From contig CAXHJY010000264.1 of assembly GCA_964016885.1 (NCBI GenBank), forward strand, positions 124,001 through 188,000: 64,000 nucleotides of DNA, given 5' to 3'. Source of the DNA: Eledone cirrhosa (lineage: Eukaryota). Below, piece after piece: positions 1 through 18,000 of this stretch. Below the pieces are notes generated by a model that saw nothing but the letters and a program-made list of their open reading frames with translations, did no database searches and was not told the DNA's origin. The translations under genes were made by a program, and so were the position numbers. How positions within the stretch are numbered: the stretch's first letter is position 1; every line of letters starts with the position of its first letter.

Positions 1-3000
1 ATATATAGTGAGACAGACTGACATATATAAATAGTGAGACAGACTGACATATATATATAGTGAGACAGACTGACATATATATATAGTGAGACAGACTGAC
101 ATATATATATAGTGAGACAGACTGACATATACATAGTGTGACAGACTGACATATACATAGTGTGACAGACTGACATATATATATATAGTGAGACAGACTG
201 ACATATATATATATAGTGAGACAGACTGACATATATATATAGTGAGACAGACTGACATATATATAGTGAGACAGACTGACATATATATAGTGAGACAGAT
301 TGACATATATATAGTGAGACAGACTGACATATATATAGTGAGACAGACTAACATATATATATAGTGAGACAGACTGACATAAATATAGTGAGACAGACTG
401 ACATATATATAGTGAGACAGACTGACATATATATATAGTGAGACAGACTGACATATATATAGCGAAACAGACTGACATATATATAGTGAGACAGACTGAC
501 ATATATATATAGTGAGACAGACTGACATATATATAGTGAGACAGACTGACATATATATATAGAGACAGACTGACATATATATAGTGAGACAGACTGACAT
601 ATATATATAGTGAGACAGACTGACATATATATAGTGAGACAGACTGACATATAAATATAGAGACAGACTGACATATATATAGTGAGACAGACTGACATAT
701 ATATATAGTGAGACAGACTGACATATATATAGCGAAATAGACTGACATATATATAGTGAGACAGACTGACATATATATATATAGTGAGACAGACTGACAT
801 ATATATACTGAGACAGACTGACATATATATATAGAGACAGACTGACATATATATAGAGACAGACTGACATATATATAGAGACAGACTGATATATATATAT
901 AGTGAGACAGACTGACACATATATAGTGAGACGACTGACATATATATATAGTGAGACAGACTGACATATATATAGTGAGACAGACTGACATATATATAGT
1001 GAGACAGACTGACATATATATATAGTGAGACAGACTGACATATATATATAGTGAGACAGACTGACATATATATAGAGAGACAGACTGACATATATAAATA
1101 GTGAGACAGACTGACATATATATATAGTGAGACAGACTGACATATATATAGTGAGACAGACTGACATATATATAGTGAGACAGACTGACATATATATATA
1201 GTGAGACAGACTGACATATATATATAGTGAGACAGATTGACATATATATAGTGAGACAGACTGACATATATATAGTGAGACAGACTGACATATATATAGT
1301 GAGACAGACTGACATATATAGTGAGACAGACTGACATATATATATAGTGAGACAGACTGACATATATATAGTGAGACAGACTGACATATATATATAGTGA
1401 GACAGACTGACATATATATATAGAGACAGACTGACATATATATAGTGAGACAGACTGACATATATATAGCGAAACAGACTGACATATATATAGTGAGACA
1501 GACTGACATATATATATAGTGAGACAGACTGACATATATATAGTGAGACAGACTGACATATATATAGTGAGACAGACTGACATATATAAATAGTGAGACA
1601 GACTGACATATATATATAGTGAGACAGACTGACATATATATAGTGAGACAGACTGACATATATATAGTGAGACAGACTGACATATATATATAGTGAGACA
1701 GACTGACATATATATATAGTGAGACAGATTGACATATATAGTGAGACAGACTGACATATATATAGTGAGACAGACTGACATATATAGTGAGACGGACTGA
1801 CATATATATATAGTGAGACAGACTGACATATATATATAGTGAGACAGACTGACATATATATAGTGAGACAGACTGACATATATATAGTGAGACAGACTGA
1901 CATATATATAGTGAGACAGACTGACATATATATATAGTGAGACAGACTGACATATATATAGTGAGACAGACTGACATATATATATAGAGACAGACTGACA
2001 TATATATAGTGAGACAGGCTGACATATATATATAGTGAGACAGACTGACATATATATAGTGAGACAGACTGACATATATATATATAGTGAGACAGACTGA
2101 CATATATATAGTGAGACAGACTGACATATATATATAGAGACAGACTGACATATATATAGTGAGACAGACTGACATATATATAGAGACAGACTGATATATA
2201 TATATAGTGAGACAGACTGACACATATATAGTGAGACGACTGACATATATATATAGTGAGACAGACTGACATATATTTAGTGAGACAGACTGACATATAT
2301 ATAGTGAGACAGACTGACATATATATATAGTGAGACAGACTGACATACATATATAGTGAGACAGACTGACATATATATAGTGAGACAGACTGACATATAT
2401 AAATAGTGAGACAGACTGACATATATATAGTCAGACAGACTGACATATATATAGTGAGACAGACTGACATATATATATAGCGAGACAGACTGACATATAT
2501 ATATATAGTGAGACAGATTGACATATATATATAGTGAGACAGACTGACATATATATAGTGAGACAGACTGACATATATAGTGAGACAGACTGACATATAT
2601 ATATAGTGAGACAGACTGACATATATATATAGTGAGACAGACTGACATATATATAGTGAGACAGACTGACATATATATATATAGTGCGACAGACTGACAT
2701 ATTTATAGTGAGACAGACTGAAATATATATAGTGAGACAGACTGACATATATAAAGAGTGAGACAGACTGACATATATATAGTGAGACAGACTGACTTAT
2801 ATATAGTGAGACAGATTGACATATATATAGTGAGACAGATTGACATATATATAGTGAGACAGACTGACATATATATAGTGAGACAGACTGACATATATAT
2901 AGTGAGACAGACTGACATATATATAGTGAGACAGACTGACATATATATATAGTGAGACAGACTGACATATATATAGTGAGACAGACTGACATATATATAG

Positions 3001-6000
3001 TGAGACAGACTGACTTATATATAGCGAAACAGACTGACATATATATATAGTGAGACAGACTGACATATATATAGTGAGACAGACTGACATATATATAGTG
3101 AGACAGACTGAAATATATATAGTGAGACAGACTGACATATATAAAGAGTGAGACAGACTGACATATATATAGTGAGACAGACTGACTTATATATAGCGAA
3201 ACAGACTGACATATATATATAGTGAGACAGACTGACATATATATAGTGAGACAGGCTGACATATATATATAGTGAGACAGACTGACATATATATAGTGAG
3301 ACAGACTGACATATATATATAGTGAGACAGACTGACATATATATATAGTGAAGCAGACTGACATATATATAGTGAGACAGACTGACATATATATATAGTG
3401 AGACAGACTGACATATATATATAGTGAGAGACTGACATATATATAGTGAGAAAGACTGACATATATATAGTGAGACAGACTGACATATATATATAGTGAG
3501 ACAGACTGACATATATATAGTGAGACAGACTGACATATATATAGTGAGACAGACTGACATATATATATAGTGAGACAGACTGACATATATATAGTGAGAC
3601 AGACTGACATATATATAGTGAGACAGACTGACATATATATATAGTGAGACAGACTAACATTTATATAGTGAGACAGACTGACACATATATAGTGAGACAG
3701 ACTAACATATATATAGTGAGACAGACTGACATATATATAGTGAGACAGACTGACATATATATATTGAGACAGACTGACATATATATATAGTGAGACAGGC
3801 TGACATATATATAGTGAGACCGACTGACATATATATAGTGAGACACTGACATATATATAGTGAGGCAGACTGACATATATATATAGTGAGACAGACTGAC
3901 ATATATATATATATAGTGAGACAGACTGACATATATATATAGTGAGACAGACTGACATATATATATAGTGAGACAGACTGACATATATATAGTGTGACAG
4001 ACTGACATATATATAGTGTGACAGACTGACATATATATATAGTGAGACAGACTGACATATATATATAGTAAGACAGACTGACATATATATATAGTGAGAC
4101 AGACTGACATATATATAGTGAGACAGGCTGACATATATATATATAGTGAGACAGACTGACATATATATCGTGAGACAGACTGACATATATATAGTGTGAC
4201 AGACTGACATATATATAGTGAGACAGACTGACATATATATATAGTGAGACAGACAGACAGATATATATAGTGAGTCAGATTAACATATATATATAGTGAG
4301 ACAGACTTACATATATATAGTGAGACAGACTGACATATATATAGTGAGACAGACTGACATATATATAGTGAGACAAACTGACATATATATAGTGAGACAG
4401 ACAAACATATATATATAGTGAGACAGACTGACATATATATAGTGAGACAGACTGACATATATATAGTGAGACAGACTGACATATATATAGTGAGACAGAC
4501 TAACATATATATAGTGAGACAGACTGACATATATATAGTGAGACAGACTGACATATATATATAGTGAGACAGACTGACATATATATATAGTGAGACAGAC
4601 TGACATATATATAGTGAGACAGACTGACATATATATAGTGAGACAGACTGACATATATATAGTGAGACAGACTGACATATATAAATAGTGAGACAGACTG
4701 ACATATATATATAGTGAGACAGACTGACATATATATAGTGAGACAGACTGACATATATATAGTGAGACAGACTGACATATATATATAGTGAGACAGAGTG
4801 ACATATATATATAGTGAGTCAGATTGACATATATATATAGTGAGACAGACTGACATATATATAGTGAGACAGACTGACATATATATAGTGAGACAAAGAC
4901 ATATATAGTGAGACAGACTGACATATATATATAGTGAGACAGACTGACATATATATATAGTGAGACAGATTGACATATATATATAGTGAGACAGACTGAC
5001 ATATATATAGTGAGACAGACTGACATATATATAGTGAGACAGAGACATATATAGTGAGACAGACTGACATATATATATAGTGAGACAGACTGACATATAT
5101 ATATAGTGAGACAGATGACATATTTATAGTGAGACAGACTGAAATATATATATAGTGAGACAGACTGACATATATAAAGAGTGAGACAGACTGACATATA
5201 TATAGTGAGACAGACTGACTTATATATAGTGAGACAGATTGACATATATATAGTGAGACAGACTGACATATATATAGTGAGACAGACTGACATATATATA
5301 TAGTGAGACAGACTGACATATATAGTGAGACAGACTGACATATATATATAGTGAGACAGACTGACATATATATATATAGTGAGACAGACTGACATATATA
5401 TAGTGAGACAGACTGACATATATATAGTTAGACAGACTGACATATATATATAGTGAGACAGACTGACATATTTATAGTGAGACAGACTGAAATATATATA
5501 GTGAGACAGACTGACATATATAAAGAGTGAGACAGACTGACATATATATAGTGAGACAGACTGACTTATATATAGTGAGACAGATTGACATATATATAGT
5601 GAGACAGACTGACATATATATAGTGAGACAGACTGACATATATATATAGTGAGACAGACTGACATATATATAGTGAGACAGGCTGACATATATATATAGT
5701 GAGACAGACTGACATATATATAGTGAGACAGACTGACATATATATATAGTGAGACAGACTGACATATATATAGTGAGACAGACTGACATATATATAGTGA
5801 GACAGACTGACATATATATATAGAGACAGACTGACATATATATAGTGAGACAGGCTGACATATATATATAGTGAGACAGACTGACATATATATAGTGAGA
5901 CAGACTGACATATATATATATAGTGAGACAGACTGACATATATATAGTGAGACAGACTGACATATATATATAGAGACAGACTGACATATATATAGTGAGA

Positions 6001-9000
6001 CAGACTGACATATATATAGAGACAGACTGATATATATATATAGTGAGACAGACTGACACATATATAGTGAGACGACTGACATATATATATAGTGAGACAG
6101 ACTGACATATATTTAGTGAGACAGACTGACATATATATAGTGAGACAGACTGACATATATATATAGTGAGACAGACTGACATATATATATAGTGAGACAG
6201 ACTGACATATATATAGTGAGACAGACTGACATATATATAGTGAGACAGACTGACATATATATATAGCGAGACAGACTGACATATATATATAGTGAGACAG
6301 ATTGACATATATATATAGTGAGACAGATTGACATATATATAGTGAGACAGACTGACATATATAAATAGTGAGACAGACTGACATATATATATAGTGAGAT
6401 AGACTGACATATATATAGTGAGACAGACTGACATATATATAGTGAGACAGACTGACATATATATATAGCGAGACAGACTGACATATATATATAGTGAGAC
6501 AGATTGACATATATATATAGTGAGACAGATTGACATATATATATAGTGAGACAGACTGACATATATATAGTGAGACAGACTGACATATATAGTGAGACAG
6601 ACTGACATATATATATAGTGAGACAGACTGACATATATATATAGTGAGACAGACTGACATATATATAGTGAGACAGACTGACATATATATATAGTGCGAC
6701 AGACTGACATATTTATAGTGAGACAGACTGAAATATATATAGTGAGACAGACTGACATATATAAAGAGTGAGACAGACTGACATATATATAGTGAGACAG
6801 ACTGACTTATATATAGTGAGACAGATTGACATATATATAGTGAGACAGATTGACATATATATAGTGAGACAGACTGACATATATATAGTGAGACAGACTG
6901 ACATATATATATAGTGAGACAGACTGACATATATATAGTGAGACAGGCTGACATATATATATAGTGAGACAGACTGACATATATATAGACAGACTGACAT
7001 ATATATATAGTGAGACAGACTGACATATATATATAGTGAAGCAGACTGACATATATATAGTGAGACAGACTGACATATATATATAGTGAGACAGACTGAC
7101 ATATATATATAGTGAGAGACTGACATATATATAGTGAGACACACTGACATATAAATAGTGAGACAGACTGACATATATATATAGTGAGACAGACTGACAT
7201 ATATATAGTGAGACAGACTGACATATATATAGTGAGACAGACTGACATATATATATAGTGAGACAGACTGACATATATATAAAGTGAGACAGACTGACAT
7301 ATATATATAGTGAGACAGACTGACATATATATATATAGTGAAACAGACTGACATACATATATAGTGAGACAGACTGACATATATATATAGTGAGACAGAC
7401 TGACATATATATAGTGAGACAGACTGACATATATATAGTGAGACAGACTGACATATATATATTGAGACAGACTGACATATATATATAGTGAGACAGGCTG
7501 ACATATATATAGTGAGACAGACTAACATATATATAGTGAGACAGACTGACATATATATAGTGAGACAGACTGACATATATATATTGAGACAGACTGACAT
7601 ATATATATAGTGAGACAGGCTGACATATATATAGTGAGACCGACTGACATATATATAGTGAGACAGACTGACATATATATAGTGAGGCAGACTGACATAT
7701 ATATATAGTGAGACAGACTGACATATATATATATAGTGAGACAGACTGACATATATATATAGTGAGACAGACTGACATATATATATAGTGAGACAGACTG
7801 ACATATATATAGTGTGACAGACTGACATATATATAGTGTGACAGACTGACATATATATATAGTGAGACAGACTGACATATATATATAGTAAGACAGAGTG
7901 ACATATATATATAGTGAGACAGACTGACATATATATAGTGAGACAGGCTGACATATATATATAGTGAGACAGACTGACATATATATCGTGAGACAGACTG
8001 ACATATATATAGTGTGACAGACTGACATATATATAGTGAGACAGACTGACATATATATATAGTGAGACAGACAGACAGATATATATAGTGAGTCAGATTA
8101 ACATATATATATAGTGAGACAGACTGACATATATATAGTGAGACAGACTGACATATATATAGTGAGACAGACTGACATATATATAGTGAGACAAACTGAC
8201 ATATATATAGTGAGACAGACAAACATATATATATAGTGAGACAGACTGACATATATAGTGAGGCAGACTGAGATATATATATAGTGAGACAGACTGACAT
8301 ATATATAGTGAGACAGACTGACATATATATAGTGAGACAGACTAACATATATATAGTGAGACAGACTGACATATATATAGTGAGACAGACTGACATATAT
8401 ATATAGTGAGACAGACTGACATATATATATAGTGAGACAGGCTGACATATATATAGTGAGACAGACTGACATATATATAGTGAGACAGACTGACATATAT
8501 ATAGTGAGACAGACTGACATATATATAGTGAGACAGGCTGACATATATATAGTGAGACAGACTGACATATATATATAGTGAGACAGACTGACATATATAT
8601 AGTGAGACAGACTGACATATATATATAGAGACAGACTGACATATATATAGTGAGACAGACTGACATATCTATAGAGACAGACTGATATATATATATAGTG
8701 AGACAGAATGACACATATATAGTGAGACGACTGACATATATATATAGTGAGACAGACTGACATATATATAGTGAGACAGACTGACATATATATAGTGAGA
8801 CAGACTGACATATATATATAGTGAGACAGACTGACATATATATATAGTGAGACAGACTGACATATATATAGTGAGACAGACTGACATATATAAATAGTGA
8901 GACAGACTGACATATATATATAGTGAGACAGACTGACATATATATAGTGAGACGGACTGACATATATATAGTCAGACAGACTGACATATATATATAGTGA

Positions 9001-12000
9001 GACAGACTGACATATATATATAGTGAGACAGATTGACATATATATATAGTGAGACAGACTGACATATATATAGTGAGACAGACTGACATATATATAGTGA
9101 GACAGAGACATATATAGTGAGACAGACTGACATATATATATAGTGAGACAGACTGACATATATATATAGTGAGACAGACTGACATATATATAGTGAGACA
9201 GACTGACATATATATAGTTAGACAGACTGACATATATATATAGTGAGACAGACTGACATATTTATAGTGAGACAGACTGAAATATATATATAGTGAGACA
9301 GACTGACATATATAAAGAGTGAGACAGACTGACATATATATAGTGAGACAGACTGACTTATATATAGTGAGACAGATTGACATATATATAGTGAGACAGA
9401 CTGACATATATATAGTGAGACAGACTGACATATATATATAGTGAGACAGACTGACATATATATATAGTGAGACAGACTGACATATATATAGTGAGACAGA
9501 CTGACATATATATAGTGAGACAGACTGACATATATATATAGTGAGACAGACTGACATATTTATAGTGAGACAGACTGAAATATATATAGTGAGACAGACT
9601 GACATATATAAAGAGTGAGACAGACTGACATATATATAGTGAGACAGACTGACTTATATATAGTGAGACAGATTGACATATATATAGTGAGACAGACTGA
9701 CATATATATAGTGAGACAGACTGACATATATATATAGTGAGACAGACTGACATATATATAGTGAGACAGGCTGACATATATATATAGTGAGACAGACTGA
9801 CATATATATAGTGAGACAGACTGACATATATATATAGTGAGACAGACTGACATATATATATAGTGAAGCAGACTGACATATATATAGTGAGACAGACTGA
9901 CATATATATATAGTGAGACAGACTGACATATATATAGTGAGACAGACTGACATATATATAGTGAGACAGACTAACATATATATAGTGAGACAGACTGACA
10001 TATATATAGTGAGACAGACTGACATATATATATATAGTGAGACAGACTGACATATATATATAGTGAGACAGACTGACATATATATATAGTGAGACAGACT
10101 GACATATATATATAGTGAGGCAGACTGACATATATAGTGAGACAGACTGACATATATATATATAGTGAGACAGACTGACATATATATATAGTGAGTCAGA
10201 CTAACATATATATATAGTGAGACAGACTGACATATATATAGTGAGACAGACTGACATATATATAGTGAGACAGACTGACATATATATATAGTGAGACAGA
10301 CTGACATATATATAGTGAGACAGACTGACATATATATAGTGAGACAGACTAACATATATATATAGTGAGACAGACTGACATATATATATAGTGAGACAGA
10401 CTGACATATATATATATAGTGAGACAGACTGACATATACATAGTGAGACAGACTGACATATATATAGTGAGACAGACTGACATATATATATAGTGAGACA
10501 GACTGACATATATATATAGTGAGACAGACTGACATATATAAACTGAGACAGACTGACATATATATATAGAGACAGACTGACATATATATATAGAGACAGA
10601 CTGACATATATATAGAGACAGACTGATATATATATATAGTGAGACAGACTGACACATATATAGTGAGACGACTGACATATATATATAGTGAGACAGACTG
10701 ACATATATATAGTGAGACAGACTGACATATATATAGTGAGACAGACTGACATATATATATAGTGAGACAGACTGACATATATATATATAGTGAGACAGAC
10801 TGACATATATATATAGTGAGACAGACTGACATATATATAGTGAGACAGACTGACATATATATAGTGAGACAGACTGACATATATATATAGTGAGACAGAC
10901 TGACATATATATAGTGAGGCAGACTGACATATATATAGTGAGACAGACTAACATATATATATAGTGAGACAGACTGACATATATATATGGTGAGACAGAC
11001 TGATATATATAGTGAGACAGACTGACATATATATAGTGAGACAGACTGACATATATATATAGTGAGACAGACTGACATATATATATAGTGAGACAGACTG
11101 ACATATATAAATAGTGAGACAGACTGACATATATATATAGTGAGACAGACTGACATATATATATAGTGAGACAGACTGACATATATATATAGTGAGACAG
11201 ACTGACATATACATAGTGTGACAGACTGACATATACATAGTGTGACAGACTGACATATATATATATAGTGAGACAGACTGACATATATATATATAGTGAG
11301 ACAGACTGACATATATATATAGTGAGACAGACTGACATATATATAGTGAGACAGACTGACATATATATAGTGAGACAGATTGACATATATATAGTGAGAC
11401 AGACTGACATATATATAGTGAGACAGACTAACATATATATATAGTGAGACAGACTGACATAAATATAGTGAGACAGACTGACATATATATAGTGAGACAG
11501 ACTGACATATATATAGTGAGACAGACTGACATATATATATAGAGACAGACTGACATATATATAGTGAGACAGGCTGACATATATATATAGTGAGACAGAC
11601 TGACATATATATAGTGAGACAGACTGACATATATATATATAGTGAGACAGACTGACATATATATAGTGAGACAGACTGACATATATATATAGAGACAGAC
11701 TGACATATATATAGTGAGACAGACTGACATATATATAGAGACAGACTGATATATATATATAGTGAGACAGACTGACACATATATAGTGAGACGACTGACA
11801 TATATATATAGTGAGACAGACTGACATATATTTAGTGAGACAGACTGACATATATATAGTGAGACAGACTGACATATATATATAGTGAGACAGACTGACA
11901 TATATATATAGTGAGACAGACTGACATATATATAGTGAGACAGACTGACATATATATAGTGAGACAGACTGACATATATATATAGCGAGACAGACTGACA

Positions 12001-15000
12001 TATATATATAGTGAGACAGATTGACATATATATATAGTGAGACAGATTGACATATATATAGTGAGACAGACTGACATATATAAATAGTGAGACAGACTGA
12101 CATATATATATAGTGAGATAGACTGACATATATATAGTGAGACAGACTGACATATATATAGTGAGACAGACTGACATATATATATAGCGAGACAGACTGA
12201 CATATATATATAGTGAGACAGATTGACATATATATATAGTGAGACAGATTGACATATATATATAGTGAGACAGACTGACATATATATAGTGAGACAGACT
12301 GACATATATAGTGAGACAGACTGACATATATATATAGTGAGACAGACTGACATATATATATAGTGAGACAGACTGACATATATATAGTGAGACAGACTGA
12401 CATATATATATAGTGCGACAGACTGACATATTTATAGTGAGACAGACTGAAATATATATAGTGAGACAGACTGACATATATAAAGAGTGAGACAGACTGA
12501 CATATATATAGTGAGACAGACTGACTTATATATAGTGAGACAGATTGACATATATATAGTGAGACAGATTGACATATATATAGTGAGACAGACTGACATA
12601 TATATAGTGAGACAGACTGACATATATATATAGTGAGACAGACTGACATATATATAGTGAGACAGGCTGACATATATATATAGTGAGACAGACTGACATA
12701 TATATAGACAGACTGACATATATATATAGTGAGACAGACTGACATATATATATAGTGAAGCAGACTGACATATATATAGTGAGACAGACTGACATATATA
12801 TATAGTGAGACAGACTGACATATATATATAGTGAGAGACTGACATATATATAGTGAGACACACTGACATATAAATAGTGAGACAGACTGACATATATATA
12901 TAGTGAGACAGACTGACATATATATAGTGAGACAGACTGACATATATATAGTGAGACAGACTGACATATATATATAGTGAGACAGACTGACATATATATA
13001 AAGTGAGACAGACTGACATATATATATAGTGAGACAGACTGACATATATATATATAGTGAAACAGACTGACATACATATATAGTGAGACAGACTGACATA
13101 TATATATAGTGAGACAGACTGACATATATATAGTGAGACAGACTGACATATATATAGTGAGACAGACTGACATATATATATTGAGACAGACTGACATATA
13201 TATATAGTGAGACAGGCTGACATATATATAGTGAGACAGACTAACATATATATAGTGAGACAGACTGACATATATATAGTGAGACAGACTGACATATATA
13301 TATTGAGACAGACTGACATATATATATAGTGAGACAGGCTGACATATATATAGTGAGACCGACTGACATATATATAGTGAGACAGACTGACATATATATA
13401 GTGAGGCAGACTGACATATATATATAGTGAGACAGACTGACATATATATATATAGTGAGACAGACTGACATATATATATAGTGAGACAGACTGACATATA
13501 TATATAGTGAGACAGACTGACATATATATAGTGTGACAGACTGACATATATATAGTGTGACAGACTGACATATATATATAGTGAGACAGACTGACATATA
13601 TATATAGTAAGACAGAGTGACATATATATATAGTGAGACAGACTGACATATATATAGTGAGACAGGCTGACATATATATATAGTGAGACAGACTGACATA
13701 TATATCGTGAGACAGACTGACATATATATAGTGTGACAGACTGACATATATATAGTGAGACAGACTGACATATATATATAGTGAGACAGACAGACAGATA
13801 TATATAGTGAGTCAGATTAACATATATATATAGTGAGACAGACTGACATATATATAGTGAGACAGACTGACATATATATAGTGAGACAGACTGACATATA
13901 TATAGTGAGACAAACTGACATATATATAGTGAGACAGACAAACATATATATATAGTGAGACAGACTGACATATATAGTGAGGCAGACTGAGATATATATA
14001 TAGTGAGACAGACTGACATATATATAGTGAGACAGACTGACATATATATAGTGAGACAGACTAACATATATATAGTGAGACAGACTGACATATATATAGT
14101 GAGACAGACTGACATATATATATAGTGAGACAGACTGACATATATATATAGTGAGACAGGCTGACATATATATAGTGAGACAGACTGACATATATATAGT
14201 GAGACAGACTGACATATATATAGTGAGACAGACTGACATATATATAGTGAGACAGGCTGACATATATATAGTGAGACAGACTGACATATATATATAGTGA
14301 GACAGACTGACATATATATAGTGAGACAGACTGACATATATATATAGAGACAGACTGACATATATATAGTGAGACAGACTGACATATCTATAGAGACAGA
14401 CTGATATATATATATAGTGAGACAGAATGACACATATATAGTGAGACGACTGACATATATATATAGTGAGACAGACTGACATATATATAGTGAGACAGAC
14501 TGACATATATATAGTGAGACAGACTGACATATATATATAGTGAGACAGACTGACATATATATATAGTGAGACAGACTGACATATATATAGTGAGACAGAC
14601 TGACATATATAAATAGTGAGACAGACTGACATATATATATAGTGAGACAGACTGACATATATATAGTGAGACGGACTGACATATATATAGTCAGACAGAC
14701 TGACATATATATATAGTGAGACAGACTGACATATATATATAGTGAGACAGATTGACATATATATATAGTGAGACAGACTGACATATATATAGTGAGACAG
14801 ACTGACATATATATAGTGAGACAGAGACATATATAGTGAGACAGACTGACATATATATATAGTGAGACAGACTGACATATATATATAGTGAGACAGACTG
14901 ACATATATATAGTGAGACAGACTGACATATATATAGTTAGACAGACTGACATATATATATAGTGAGACAGACTGACATATTTATAGTGAGACAGACTGAA

Positions 15001-18000
15001 ATATATATATAGTGAGACAGACTGACATATATAAAGAGTGAGACAGACTGACATATATATAGTGAGACAGACTGACTTATATATAGTGAGACAGATTGAC
15101 ATATATATAGTGAGACAGACTGACATATATATAGTGAGACAGACTGACATATATATATAGTGAGACAGACTGACATATATATATAGTGAGACAGACTGAC
15201 ATATATATAGTGAGACAGACTGACATATATATAGTGAGACAGACTGACATATATATATAGTGAGACAGACTGACATATTTATAGTGAGACAGACTGAAAT
15301 ATATATAGTGAGACAGACTGACATATATAAAGAGTGAGACAGACTGACATATATATAGTGAGACAGACTGACTTATATATAGTGAGACAGATTGACATAT
15401 ATATAGTGAGACAGACTGACATATATATAGTGAGACAGACTGACATATATATATAGTGAGACAGACTGACATATATATAGTGAGACAGGCTGACATATAT
15501 ATATAGTGAGACAGACTGACATATATATAGTGAGACAGACTGACATATATATATAGTGAGACAGACTGACATATATATATAGTGAAGCAGACTGACATAT
15601 ATATAGTGAGACAGACTGACATATATATATAGTGAGACAGACTGACATATATATAGTGAGACAGACTGACATATATATAGTGAGACAGACTAACATATAT
15701 ATAGTGAGACAGACTGACATATATATAGTGAGACAGACTGACATATATATATATAGTGAGACAGACTGACATATATATATAGTGAGACAGACTGACATAT
15801 ATATATAGTGAGACAGACTGACATATATATATAGTGAGGCAGACTGACATATATAGTGAGACAGACTGACATATATATATATAGTGAGACAGACTGACAT
15901 ATATATATAGTGAGTCAGACTAACATATATATATAGTGAGACAGACTGACATATATATAGTGAGACAGACTGACATATATATAGTGAGACAGACTGACAT
16001 ATATATATAGTGAGACAGACTGACATATATATAGTGAGACAGACTGACATATATATAGTGAGACAGACTAACATATATATATAGTGAGACAGACTGACAT
16101 ATATATATAGTGAGACAGACTGACATATATATATATAGTGAGACAGACTGACATATACATAGTGAGACAGACTGACATATATATAGTGAGACAGACTGAC
16201 ATATATATATAGTGAGACAGACTGACATATATATATAGTGAGACAGACTGACATATATAAACTGAGACAGACTGACATATATATATAGAGACAGACTGAC
16301 ATATATATATAGAGACAGACTGACATATATATAGAGACAGACTGATATATATATATAGTGAGACAGACTGACACATATATAGTGAGACGACTGACATATA
16401 TATATAGTGAGACAGACTGACATATATATAGTGAGACAGACTGACATATATATAGTGAGACAGACTGACATATATATATAGTGAGACAGACTGACATATA
16501 TATATATAGTGAGACAGACTGACATATATATATAGTGAGACAGACTGACATATATATAGTGAGACAGACTGACATATATATAGTGAGACAGACTGACATA
16601 TATATATAGTGAGACAGACTGACATATATATAGTGAGGCAGACTGACATATATATAGTGAGACAGACTAACATATATATATAGTGAGACAGACTGACATA
16701 TATATATGGTGAGACAGACTGATATATATAGTGAGACAGACTGACATATATATAGTGAGACAGACTGACATATATATATAGTGAGACAGACTGACATATA
16801 TATATAGTGAGACAGACTGACATATATAAATAGTGAGACAGACTGACATATATATATAGTGAGACAGACTGACATATATATATAGTGAGACAGACTGACA
16901 TATATATATAGTGAGACAGACTGACATATACATAGTGTGACAGACTGACATATACATAGTGTGACAGACTGACATATATATATATAGTGAGACAGACTGA
17001 CATATATATATATAGTGAGACAGACTGACATATATATATAGTGAGACAGACTGACATATATATAGTGAGACAGACTGACATATATATAGTGAGACAGATT
17101 GACATATATATAGTGAGACAGACTGACATATATATAGTGAGACAGACTAACATATATATATAGTGAGACAGACTGACATAAATATAGTGAGACAGACTGA
17201 CATATATATAGTGAGACAGACTGACATATATATATAGTGAGACAGACTGACATATATATAGCGAAACAGACTGACATATATATAGTGAGACAGACTGACA
17301 TATATATATAGTGAGACAGACTGACATATATATAGTGAGACAGACTGACATATATATATAGAGACAGACTGACATATATATAGTGAGACAGACTGACATA
17401 TATATATAGTGAGACAGACTGACATATATATAGTGAGACAGACTGACATATAAATATAGAGACAGACTGACATATATATAGTGAGACAGACTGACATATA
17501 TATATAGTGAGACAGACTGACATATATATAGCGAAATAGACTGACATATATATAGTGAGACAGACTGACATATATATATATAGTGAGACAGACTGACATA
17601 TATATACTGAGACAGACTGACATATATATATAGAGACAGACTGACATATATATAGAGACAGACTGATATATATATATAGTGAGACAGACTGACACATATA
17701 TAGTGAGACGACTGACATATATATATAGTGAGACAGACTGACATATATATAGTGAGACAGACTGACATATATATAGTGAGACAGACTGACATATATATAT
17801 AGTGAGACAGACTGACATATATATATATAGTGAGACAGACTGACATATATATAGAGAGACAGACTGACATATATAAATAGTGAGACAGACTGACATATAT
17901 ATATAGTGAGACAGACTGACATATATATAGTGAGACAGACTGACATATATATAGTGAGACAGACTGACATATATATATAGTGAGACAGATTGACATATAT

